Assembly: GCF_001194135.2 (NCBI RefSeq)
Contig: NC_068986.1
Span: forward strand, 10,722,926-10,763,696
Length of the DNA: 40,771 nt
Direction: 5' to 3'
Source of the DNA: Octopus bimaculoides
Taxonomy: Eukaryota
Both the position numbers and the translations under genes were made by a program. Positions 1-11,356 of this stretch are shown here, one piece after another. Each line of letters starts with the position of its first letter. Within the stretch, counting starts at the first letter, position 1. The notes under the pieces were generated by a model, which did not search any database, had not been told where the DNA came from, and was given only the letters and a program-made list of their open reading frames with translations.

Positions 1-103
1 TCATTCCTTGCGAGCTTACGTATGTCCTCAGCAGTTACAGCCCATGTTTCACTGCCATGTAGCATGGTTGTTCGTACGCATGCGTCATTCGTACGCATGC
101 GTC

Positions 104-177
<74 letters not shown>

Positions 178-261
178 TATAATATATATATGTATGTATC
201 TATGTATATATATATATATATAATATATACATATAATATATATATATATGTATCTATGTAT

Positions 262-465
262 ACTCTTTTACTTGTCTCAGTCATTGTCTCACTGTGGCCA
301 TGCTGGAGCACTGCCTTCAGTCAAGCAAATTGACCCCAGAGCTTATTTTTTCTAAGCCTAGTACTTATTCTATCAGTCTCTTTTGCCGAACCACTAAGTT
401 ACGGAGACGTAAACACACCAGCATTGGTTGTCGAGGACGAACACAGACACACAAACATATACACA

Positions 466-513
<48 letters not shown>

Positions 514-645
514 ATTTCTTTCAGTTTCTGTCTACCAAATCCCCTCACAAGGCTTTGGTAGTAGACACTTGCCCAAGGTGCCATGCAGTGGGACTGAAAC
601 CGGGACCATACAGTTGGGAAGCAAGCTACTTACCACACAGCCATA
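262..645 (-). mobile_element. tRNA-derived SINE family A; further copies at about 11740-11895, 16110-16265, 20050-20210 (+), 24850-25045, 27600-27760, 30740-30890, 37150-37520, 39880-40230, 40550-40771
   Basis: Recurrent tttcagtttcc.tctaccaaatccactcacaaggctttggt...gacacttgcccaaggtgccatgcagtggga.tgaacc...aagcttcttaccacacagcca. A/B-box-like head on the minus strand. Confidence 0.8.
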
Positions 646-763
646 TATATATATATATATAATATATATGTATGTATACATATGTATGTACATATATATA
701 TACATTGAGAAAAGGGAGGCAGTCAGAATTTTGGATAATCCTTTATTAGCCACTTTTGTTCAT

Positions 764-1219
764 TTACGAACTTGTCAAGTCCTGTTGGCAAACATAGGGT
801 CTTCCAGCAGCCACTTGTTTGGCCCAGGGCAACACTTCTTCCAGGCATTTGATGTAGACCTCCATGCTGAGTCTGAGGCTGAATGGAGGCATAACGTCAC
901 CATCACAAGTTATCACTCCAAACACCATGATATTGACTGGATGTTTGATTTTTATCACCCTTGGTACATGTTTTGGGGACACGGCAAGTACTCAAATGGA
1001 CACACAAGCACTCATACTGGTGCTTCTGGTGTGAATATCAAGCAGTACAGCATGTTTCCAAATTCCTGGCAGAGTGGCTTGCATCATGGTGCTGTTTTTC
1101 TCACAGACAGTGCCCAACTAACCCTACTATACTGTGCAGTCGACAAAATCAAAACAAAACAATGAGTATGCGTGAAATTAAAAACATAAAATGGCAACAA
1201 TTTACCAATTGCACTCTGT
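764..1219 (-). mobile_element. Tc1/mariner-superfamily DNA transposon remnant
   Basis: Minus-strand peptide KHPVNIMVFGVITCDGDVMPPF...YIKCLEEVLPW...GRPYVCQQD resembles a DDE/D transposase core. TIR-like end TACAGAGTGCAATTGGTAAATTGTTGCCATTT at about 1188-1221 abuts a TA/microsatellite. Confidence 0.75.
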
Positions 1220-1223
1220 ATGT

Positions 1224-1261
<38 letters not shown>

Positions 1262-1270
1262 ATATATATC

Positions 1271-1720
1271 ATTATCATCATTTAACATCCACATTCCATG
1301 CTGGCATGGGTTGGACAGTTTGACTGAGGATTGGCAAGCCAGGAAGCTGCACCAGGCTCCAATCTGATCAGGCATGGTTTCTACAGCTGGATGCCCTTCC
1401 TAACGCCAACCACTCCGAGAGTGTAGTGGGTGCTTTTTACATGCCACCGGCACAGGGACTAGTCAGGCAATACTGGCATCGACCACGCTCAAATGGTCCT
1501 TTTTACATGCCACCGGCACAGGAGCCAGTTGGGCGGCTCTGCCATCGACCACACTCAAATGGTGCGTTTTATGTGCCACCAGCACTGGCTACACTCAAAT
1601 GGTGCTTTTTATGTGCCACTGGCACAGGTGCCAGTCAGGTGGCACTGGCATCAGTCATGACAATGATGTCATTTGACTCAACAGGTCTTCTCAAGCACAG
1701 CATATCTCCAAAGGTTTCAG
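1271..1720 (-). mobile_element. Abundant RTE-LINE 3'-end-derived repeat with (CAT)n tail; further copies at about 4080-4210, 8450-8680, 9180-9380, 12235-12500, 21590-21870, 21940-22255, 23730-23810, 24680-24850, 26900-27420, 30480-30590, 33720-34025, 35640-35830, 36050-36300
   Basis: Recurrent ccatgctggcatgggttggac...ctggatgcccttcctaa.gccaaccac...gggtgctttttacatg, contiguous with RTE coding remnant at 29337-30010. Confidence 0.8.
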
Positions 1721-2437
1721 TTACTTGTCATTGCTTCTGTGGTGTGTGTGTGTGTGTGTTTATGTATGTATGTATGTATTTATGTGCATGTATATCTATC
1801 CCATTTTAAAGTGATCCAAAAACTTTCCATCAAAATTCTATGTTAACCTATGTTCCAAACACCAGCTTAATAATGACAAAATTATTTTACTAAATTCTTC
1901 ATTAGATTTAAAATTAATTGAAACAAAGGCAATTCAGCAGAAAAATGGTAAAAAAAAATTGTTAAAGTCTTCTAAATTAAAACCTATCAAAACCCATCTT
2001 AATTTAGGTTCCAAATACCAGCTAAGCATTGACAAAGTTATTTTACAAAATTCTTCGTTATTTTGGAAATTATATGAAACAAAGGCAGCCTATTTCAACA
2101 CTAATCATGATAACAAACAGGTTCAATCATATTTGGTTTAACTAGGGTTTCAATTTTCACCATAGCTACATATCCAACCAGTTTAATAAGCTGAATAAGC
2201 TGTTAAACTCGACATTCCGGTCAACTCTAACACACACATTTTTGTATTAAAAAAAAAAAAAAAGAAAAATTCTTTCCTTGCCATTTGTGACTGGACTAAA
2301 AGAGATATGCTTGGGTAGACACTAACACCCGATTATGAATGCATTCACAAGTACAAAATAAACTATACACCCAATTTGACCGACACTTCTGCATACACCC
2401 TGTCCCCCAAACAAATACTGAATGAGATACGTATACA

Positions 2438-2636
2438 NNNNNNNNNNNNNNNNNNNNNNNNNNNNNNNNNNNNNNNNNNNNNNNNNNNNNNNNNNNNNNN
2501 NNNNNNNNNNNNNNNNNNNNNNNNNNNNNNNNNNNNNNNNNNNNNNNNNNNNNNNNNNNNNNNNNNNNNNNNNNNNNNNNNNNNNNNNNNNNNNNNNNNN
2601 NNNNNNNNNNNNNNNNNNNNNNNNNNNNNNNNNNNN
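2438..2636. other. Assembly gap (N run)
   Basis: Run of N. Confidence 1.
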
Positions 2637-3559
2637 ACACACACACACACAACATGGCACACCTTGAAACTCAATGAGTCATGACGCTCAGATAAAACCC
2701 TATCCTAGAAAAAAAAAAAATAAAAGATGTGCTTTGTCAGAAGCTGGCAGTCAATGATGCAGACCGCTAAACCTTTTGTTAATTCAAACAGCTTCAAAGA
2801 CAACATGTGCAATGCATCAAAGCATGTGCACCTACAAAACAGAGCATACATGCAACGGCAGCTGCTGCAGCAATATCTAATGAAGAGTGATTCACTGAAA
2901 GACAGACAAACAGACAAATACATTCTGTTTAATTTGATAATAAACCCTTACTACCTCCACCACCCAGTTTATAAAATATGTTCTGTTTAAAGTTTGAATA
3001 AAAATGGGGGGGAGATAGTAAATAAAATACTTGAAACGTTCTTACCAATACACAAATAAAATGAGAGAAAGAGGGTGTATGTGTTTGGAGGCGGGTGGGG
3101 TCGTTGTGTGGTAAGAAGTATGATGCCCAACCACATGGTTCTGGGTTCAGTCCCATGACAACCAACATTTTTTCTTTAAGTGTGTTTGGAAGCTGAGTCA
3201 ACAGAGAAGGTTTCCAACTAAATGAAATCTCTAAATGGTTTCAATGCACAAGCCTCTGATATCCAACTGGCTAAAAAGTGTCAGCCAGCAAAAAAAGTAC
3301 CCAAGAATCATGACCTGGATGTGGCCTAGCCTCCTTAGAATGTAGGAAGTCAAAGGCTGAAACACTTGTCTGAGTCGGGGATTCTCCCCTGAAGATCTTC
3401 TGCTGATCAGCTCTCTTGAGAGTTTCCTACCACCAAGTCACAGTCAAGATTTGTCTCTTCCCCTCAGAATTGCTGGTCTTGAACACAGTAAAGGATGGAT
3501 GACCCATTCAGTGGGAAATGTTATCTCGGTCACTTATATGTCAAAGAAACCAGCTAACA

Positions 3560-3800
3560 TTCATTCAGTCATTCAGTTCTCATTGTGCCTTGTGGCACTT
3601 GTGGCAACAGCAAAATCATTTCACCTTCCTACACTGAAAGCATCCTTGACAACTTGTTCCACTGTTAACCCTCTCTGCTTTTAAGATCTTTTGTTATTGT
3701 TCTCCGCCAAGTTTCCTTTGGACAGCGACATCATCTTTTACCTTGTGGAACCCATGGCAAAGCAATCCTGACAACTGAGTTTGGTTTATAGCCATTTCCA
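3560..3800 (-). mobile_element. RTE-type LINE 3' coding remnant
   Basis: Frameshifted LPWVPQGKR.RC.PKETWRRTITKDLKSRGLTVEQVVKDA. Confidence 0.7.
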
Positions 3801-5151
3801 TCTCCTAAACCAGTACTGCCATATTATGTTGGCAGATAATCTTTACTCCATAGTGTTGGTCATGTTAAGAAAGCATTCTCTTTTTTTTTAAGACAGGAGT
3901 GAGTACATAATGGATTTGGTTTCATCCTTCAAGAGTTTGAATTTTAACTTTGCTGGGAATCAACTTTACCTTTTATCTCCTTAAGGAGGAATGGCGGTTG
4001 GTAAAATAAAGGCCAAGGAATACTGAAAATCAATCCTGTTGACTAGGATTGCTCTTTTTATTAACTGGCCCTATTGGTGTTAGGGAGGGCATCCAGCAGT
4101 AGAAGCTATTCAAAAATGGAGCCTGATATAGCCCCATAACTCACAAGTTCCTGTCAAACTGTCCAACCCATGCCAGCATGGAAGATGGTTATTAAATGAT
4201 GACGATGACTGTAATAATTTCCTTTCCTCTAAACAATTATTTTTTAGCAATGACCAATAACGTAATTATTGTTACATTTCGGTAATTGAAAATAAATAAA
4301 TAAATAAAGATAAAACTCTACTAATTTAGGTTTTTCTCAAAGCAAAATAACAGGACACAGAACCAGATAAAGAGACAGATAGACAGTGTGACACACACGC
4401 ACACGCACGCGCATGCACACACGCTGAGTTTTCCTTTTGTTTTTTTGTTAACCTACATCTTTGACAATAGTACTCTCTTTAAAAATACATCAGTGGGAGG
4501 GGGGGATGGAGAGTGACAAGAGGGTGGTGGTGGTCAATTAGTGGTGGTGGTGGTGGTGGTGGTGATGGCCCTACAAAGAAATGTGTTGTTAATGAAGTGG
4601 GAGAGACCAGAGTTGTGGCAGTGGCAATACTTAAGATAATTACTGACCTAAACACACAAACACACACACATACAGTGACACAGAAAGACACTCATACACA
4701 ACCATACACAGAAAAGCACATGCAGACATACACACATGCACGAACTAACACACACCCACAAATAGCTTGTATTTCTCATATCTATTTTCTTCCCCACTCC
4801 CCACTCCCCACACTGTGCCACAAACAAGGCTGGGGAGGAGTTAGGGGGGTTATATTTGGAAATGTGAGATTTTATGGAGAAGCATTATTATATGCATGTG
4901 TGTGTGCGTGAGGATGGGCATGTGAGGGTGGTGTGTGTGTGTGTGTGAGCATGCGCAAGTGTGCAAGTGCTTGAGTGTGTGCATGTGTAGGGTTTTTAAA
5001 AAAAATTTTCTTATGTCTGTTTTTGCATGCCAGCATGGGTTAGACTTATTAATGCAGATTTTCCACAACCAGCTGCTCTCCCACCACTCATTCAAATTAC
5101 AAAACATATATAAATGTATAATTTTGCATTTTAAGTACCTGATATAGAAAA

Positions 5152-5481
5152 TCATCTTGGAGGCGCAATGGCCCAGCGGTTAGGGCAGCAGACTCAAGAT
5201 CATAGGATCGCGGTTTCGATTCCCAGACCAGGCGTTGTGAGTGTTTATTGAGCGAAAACACCTAAAGCTCCATGAGGCTCCGGCAGGGGATGGTGGCGAA
5301 CCCTGCTGTACTCTTTCACCACAACTTTCTCTCACTCTTACTTCCTGTTTCTGCTGTGCCTGTAATTCAAAGGGTCAGCCTTGTCACACTGTGTCACGCT
5401 GAATATCCCGAGAACTATGTTAAGGGTACACGTGTCTGTGGAGTGCTCAGCCACTTGCACGTTAATTTCATGAGCAGGCTG
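5152..5481 (+). mobile_element. tRNA-derived SINE family B, runs into gap; second copy at about 39060-39396 (-)
   Basis: Head ggaggcgcaatggcccagcggttagggcagcagactcaagatcataggatcgcggtttcgattccc (A/B boxes). Body gggtacacgtgtctgtggagtgctcagccacttgcacgttaatttc is shared with the minus-strand copy. Confidence 0.8.
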
Positions 5482-6043
5482 NNNNNNNNNNNNNNNNNNN
5501 NNNNNNNNNNNNNNNNNNNNNNNNNNNNNNNNNNNNNNNNNNNNNNNNNNNNNNNNNNNNNNNNNNNNNNNNNNNNNNNNNNNNNNNNNNNNNNNNNNNN
5601 NNNNNNNNNNNNNNNNNNNNNNNNNNNNNNNNNNNNNNNNNNNNNNNNNNNNNNNNNNNNNNNNNNNNNNNNNNNNNNNNNNNNNNNNNNNNNNNNNNNN
5701 NNNNNNNNNNNNNNNNNNNNNNNNNNNNNNNNNNNNNNNNNNNNNNNNNNNNNNNNNNNNNNNNNNNNNNNNNNNNNNNNNNNNNNNNNNNNNNNNNNNN
5801 NNNNNNNNNNNNNNNNNNNNNNNNNNNNNNNNNNNNNNNNNNNNNNNNNNNNNNNNNNNNNNNNNNNNNNNNNNNNNNNNNNNNNNNNNNNNNNNNNNNN
5901 NNNNNNNNNNNNNNNNNNNNNNNNNNNNNNNNNNNNNNNNNNNNNNNNNNNNNNNNNNNNNNNNNNNNNNNNNNNNNNNNNNNNNNNNNNNNNNNNNNNN
6001 NNNNNNNNNNNNNNNNNNNNNNNNNNNNNNNNNNNNNNNNNNN
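5482..6043. other. Assembly gap (N run)
   Basis: Run of N. Confidence 1.
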
Positions 6044-8821
6044 AGAGACCATAATTAGTAAAAAGAGTGTTGAAAGATATTTAGTCGCAACACTGCGTTG
6101 GTCAAGTGATTCTCTATAAGTTTCTCTGTTTCTGTTCAGTTTAACGGTTCCTTTACCAATAATAAAGTATTTGATCTAATTTCTAAAGACTACTTTGACT
6201 ACCTGGAACACATGTTCCAAATCCTACAATTTATTGTCGGACAACAATGCTTTGTATTGACTAGTTTAAAAAAAAAATTTTTTTTAAGTAAACTTTATTC
6301 ATTTGACTGAGACGAGGAATGAGTAAAGAATGATTGGATAGTGTGCCGATACATATTTCATCTCCATCTGGAACAATGAATAAGTGAACACACGGTGGAT
6401 TTAGACACAATACACAGAGAAAGCAGTGAATCATAGGACAATATGAAGAATTGTCTAGCAACATACGAGCGTTACACTGCTAAAATATGGAATTCTATGA
6501 CTAATATAATTCTTTCTGATTTTGGCAGAAGGCCAGTAATTTCGAGAGGAGGGAGAACCCCAATGTTCAACTGCTACTTTATTTTCCCAACCCAGAAAAG
6601 CTGAAAGGTAAAGTTGACCTCAGCAGCATTTGAACTCAGAAAGCAAAGAACAGGAAAAAATGCCACAAAAAATTTTGTCCAGTGTGGGAATGATTCTGCT
6701 AGCTAGCCTCCTTAATATGACCCATGCTATACCAAGTTCAAACTTTGCTCTAGCCATTTGTTTAGTGTATGACATAAAGCATTCTATTCATCTCAGTCTA
6801 CCTATTACCAATCTGAACATCATGGTTTTTCACAGGCTGAGGATATAATGAAACAGTCTGCTTCCCAACCAAATGGACAGCCATCACCTCCTCTTCCACC
6901 AGGTACACAGACTACAAAGTGACTATACTTTATAGAGAACACAACTTCTACCACCAGGTACCTGGTCTAACAAGAGACTAATACCTTTTGCATGGCATAA
7001 CATGAGACTTGAGATGTAATATGAAGCCATGACTCTTCAGTTAAGAATCTGATACCCTATCCAGCAGACATTTTACAACAATGGCAAATCCTTAAAGCTC
7101 CAGGATTGGAGGTGGGGGGTTATTGTACACTAAACAGAAAACGTATTGTAATATTAGGGATATTATAGCAACTTGAGAGGGGGGGAACCCTAGACACACA
7201 AAGCTGGTTGTCACAGAAAGAATTGATGGTTTCACTTGAAATTAAAAGGGTGGTGGTGGTGGTGGTGAATCTCGTTAGACTCACCTACATACACACATGC
7301 ACACTCACATGCACACACATGCACACAGACACACATACAATACTGACAGTCCAAATAGAAATTAAAATATCAATGCCTCCAAAGTAAACTTGATTCCAGC
7401 TGTGGAGAAGAGGTGGTGGTGGTGTAGTGGCAGGGATGGCAGTTGGAGTAGTGAGAGTAGTAATTATGGTAGTGGTGGTGGTAGTGTAACTATTCATTCC
7501 CTAACCACCCCACCCAACCGCACGAATCTACCCCAATTCAATTTCCGAACAACAATGTTTTTTTTTTCTTTTTTCAAGTTCATTCTTCCTTCCTTCCGTT
7601 CTCCCCACCCTGCACCCACTCCTACACACACTCAGCAAAGGATGCCAGACAAAGACCCCCCTTTTTACAGACAGAAACCCCTTTCATTAATGACTTAAAA
7701 GCAACTCGTCTTTCTTTAAACCAGGCATTTCAGGCATTGTCAATGAGATAAAAACAAAACAAAAAAGATTGCAAATAAAATAAAAGGAGAGAAATAAAAA
7801 CCCTAACAAAAAAACAACAACAAATAAACAAAACACACACACAACTGATCTGAGGGTAAAAGATTTTGTAGGCGACAACAAAAATAAAAGAAAAACAAAG
7901 AAAAATCTCAGACTCGTTTTAAGCCATTTTTTGCAAAGCATGTAAAGTGGAACTGAATTACAGGCAATAACCAGCTCTCAGACTAAATACAGTAATTCTT
8001 ACACAGTTTACAAGCTCCCAACTCTCACCCGGGTGTAGTTCTTACATGTATTTGGGGTGGGGTGAGTCAGCTCTGACCAATGAGTTCACCACATCCTTCA
8101 TGAATGCTGACCATATCTCAAGCAAGTATGTCAGATAGCACAGACGCCATAGCCATAGTTCACTGTTGAGGTGTAGAGTTTATGTTGACAACAACACACA
8201 GCTATGTCTTAAACTATCCACCATGGCTGTGATACCGCCAACCCCTGTAAGGGGGGGGGATCACATATATGATGTCAGGGTTGAGGACATCCCATATGAA
8301 TATGAAGAGTCAAGCAAAGAGATGTGGTGAGCTCTGAGTATGGAGATTGGTTGTTTCACAGAGCAACCAGCCTACAATAATGTCCACTTGCTCAAGGACA
8401 TCTTAAAGCCTACCACTGGGAGCTTTAAGTGTGTAGGGTAACATCATCATCAACAACAACATTGTTTAACATCTGTTTTCTATGCTGGCATGGGTTGGAC
8501 GGGTTGACAGGGACTGGCAAGCTACAGAGCTGCACCAGGCTCCAACTGTCTGTTTTGGCTTGGTTTCTATGGCTGGATGCCTTTCCAAATGCCAACCACT
8601 TTATAGAGTGTGGATTGGGTGCTTTTTATGTGGCACCAGCACAACTGCTTTTTATGTGGCACCTGTACTGGTGCTTTTTACAGAATTCTGTAACAGAAAT
8701 GGTAGCTTGTGAAAAAGACAAAAACAAAATTGATGATAATGAAAAAAAGTTAAAGCTGAAGAAGTGAAAGAAGGCAAAATAGAAGAAAAGGTATAATAAT
8801 GGCATCTGTGGAAACACTCAC

Positions 8822-8907
8822 ATATCGTGGAAAAGTTCTTTATATTCTGTATCCCCTTTATTATTGGTAATAAATAGGTCCAATTTCTCAAACATTTCTT
8901 TTTCCAC
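8822..8907 (-). CDS. DOCK3: DOCK exon (last found): VEKEMFEKLDLFITNNKGDTEYKELFHD(I/M)
   Basis: CAG/GTGAGT, phase 0/2; KLD...KGD.EY.ELF motif. Confidence 0.94.
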
Positions 8908-11321
8908 CTGAAACAAGAACAACAAAATTAGAAAGAGGTTGACGTTTCATAGTTTTATGTCTCCAAAGTTAGAGAGGCTATCAAATAGGAGTACCTGAGC
9001 TCAGTTGTTGAAGTCTACAGGTGTTGATGATTTTAGTTTTCTTACTATAAAACACTGAATTCTCTCAGCTTTGGTTCACCAAGTAGAAGATGCACACCTA
9101 TTCATGTCCCTTGATCATACTTTCACAACTTTTGATCCTATATCAGTCAAGGGGTCTTGTCTTGTAAGTACTTGCTGACCTCACTATTGCTGGTGTGACA
9201 TGCAAAGCATGAAGTACACTCTGTAAAGTGGTTGGCATTAGGAAAGGGATCCAGCCAGAGAAACCATACCAAAACAGACATTGGGGTTCAGCACAGTCTT
9301 CTGGCTTGTCAGTTCATGTTGAACCATTCAACCCATGCCAGCATGGAAAAAGGAACGTTAAAGAATGATGATGATGATAGCCTAAGACAGCACAACATTT
9401 GTTATCCTTAAAAGATTCCATCCTTCCTGAACTTCACCAACACTCTTCTTAACATGCCTATGCACATTTCTTTATCATTCTTTTAATGTCCATTTTCCTG
9501 TCTCTTTCTGTTTTATTCTGCATATTGTTGGCGTACTTCTAAGCTTTCATTGCTGTCTTCTTTACTTGACTAATTATGGCAGCTTTCTGTCCTCTCATTT
9601 AACCTCTTCTGATGACGTGCAGTGCATCTGACCACTGTAATACAATGAGCTCTTTATTGTTATTATTAGTCTAAAGAGGAAGAAAGACAGGATTGATAGC
9701 CGTTTTCACAAGAGGATCCTCCTTCTACATTGAGGACAAACGGATGACTAAAACAAAAGGTTGATGGAGTTAAAATTCAGTTTTGTTTCTTAATTTCCAT
9801 TTTTGGATAGTATTTAAAAGAAAAATATGGAGAGGTGAAGAGTAGCACAGAAACAGTTTCACTGAGAACAATGATTGAGAAAAGCTTCCCATAAGGGGCT
9901 TAGGGCAGGAAAAAGCAAGTGGTTCTTGTATGTTTTGAGAGTTAGGGAATATGTAATCAGAAAGATCAGAGAGTAATGACCAAAAGAGTACAACCACCAA
10001 TATAAGTGGATAAAATGGGATTCTTCTGAAGGATCTCTGCAGTAAAATGATTTGAAAGGATGCAGAAATTGGAAATCATGGAGTTTCTCTAGGTTGAGCC
10101 ACAACTTCCCTGCACTGTGAGATCACAACTCTGGAATGATGAACATGGGATTAAAATTAAGATGGATTCTTCAAGCCAAGCCAACCAGTCGGAGACTTAG
10201 GAGGTAGACCAGAGAATGAGATGGTTGGATGATATCCATAGTCCCAGGAGGTCATGCTGGGGAGTTCTACAGGAAAGCGTAATGATGGTTCCTTCTGAGA
10301 GGATTGTATGAAGGAGAGGGAGGGGGCCTAACAGCTCTACCCCTATGATCCACCCGTGAATAGTGGACAGAGAAGATGGAAGGAAGTTCAAAGAAACAGT
10401 GATCAGTAATTAACCCTTTCGTTACTGTATTTATTTTGAGATGTTCTGTTTCTTTCAATTACTTTAAATATAACAAAGAATTTAGTAAAATAACTTAGTT
10501 TTCATTCAGCTAGTGTTAGGAACATAAATTGTGACTAAGGTTTGGTGGAAGATTTTAATTCAAAACTTATGAAAACAAGACATTTGTACTCTGAGCCAGA
10601 GCTGGTTTCAGTTGGGTTGGTATCAAAAGGGTTAAGAATTGTTTCTCTATTTTATATTTTAACCCTTTTGTTACCATATTTCTGTTGAGATGTTGTGTGT
10701 TTCTTTCAATTAAATATAACAAAGAATTTAGTAAAATAGCTTAGTTATCATTCAGCTAGTGTTTAGGAACATAAATTGTGACTAAAGTTTGGTGGAAGAT
10801 TTTTTAATTCAAAACTTAAGAAAACAAAACATTTGTACTCAGAGCCAGAACCGGTTTCAGCCGGGTTGGTATCAAAAGGGTTAAGAATTGTTTCTCTATT
10901 ATATATTTTAACCCTTTTGTTACAATTTTTGTTGAGATTTTCTGTGTTTCTTTCAATTAATTTTAAATATAAAAAAGAATTTAGTAAAATAACTTAGTTA
11001 CCATTAAGCTAGTGTTAGGAACATAAATTGTAACTAAGATTTGGTGGAAGATTTTAATTCAGAACTTTTAAAAACAAGACATTTGTACTACAGAGCCAGA
11101 GGTGGTTTCAGCCAGGTTGGTAACGAAACGGTTAAAGATGAAACTGCAGTGAAGATGTTGTCCAGCCATTATGGAAAACCTAGCAAGGAATCAAAGATCC
11201 CTTTTCCCATCATTTAGTTTGAGGGAAAAAAAACAGGGAGGGGGAAGTGGAAGGCACTACATAAGTATTATGTAGTTGTTACTTAGTTTCAAATTGTGAG
11301 CAAAATAAAACACAGGGGTAC

Positions 11322-11356
<35 letters not shown>

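Noticed and set aside
70-103. 17-bp direct duplication ttcgtacgcatgcgtca before (TA)n
   Set aside because: Likely the end of a repeat cut by the window edge; not enough context to interpret.
22-1323. ORFs up to 245 aa rich in YI/VC/HT runs
   Set aside because: Translations of (TA)n/(TG)n microsatellites joined to SINE and transposon pieces; not genes.
2952-2982. 31-nt AG...GTAAGG micro-exon candidate
   Set aside because: Weak polypyrimidine tract and a frame-shifting length.
5272-6054. 260-aa and 194-aa ORFs (also those at 2296-2684 and 34237-34917)
   Set aside because: Open only because they cross N gaps.
8046-8244. Strong poly-C acceptor (CCCCTTACAG) as the next DOCK exon
   Set aside because: The required phase 2 frame stops after nine codons, the other frames also close, and there is no DOCK similarity. 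Only a poison-exon role remains possible, with no further support.
10410-11135. CRISPR-like repeat/spacer appearance
   Set aside because: Eukaryotic context, ~226-bp repeats and identical spacers; explained by TTAA-bounded MITE units.
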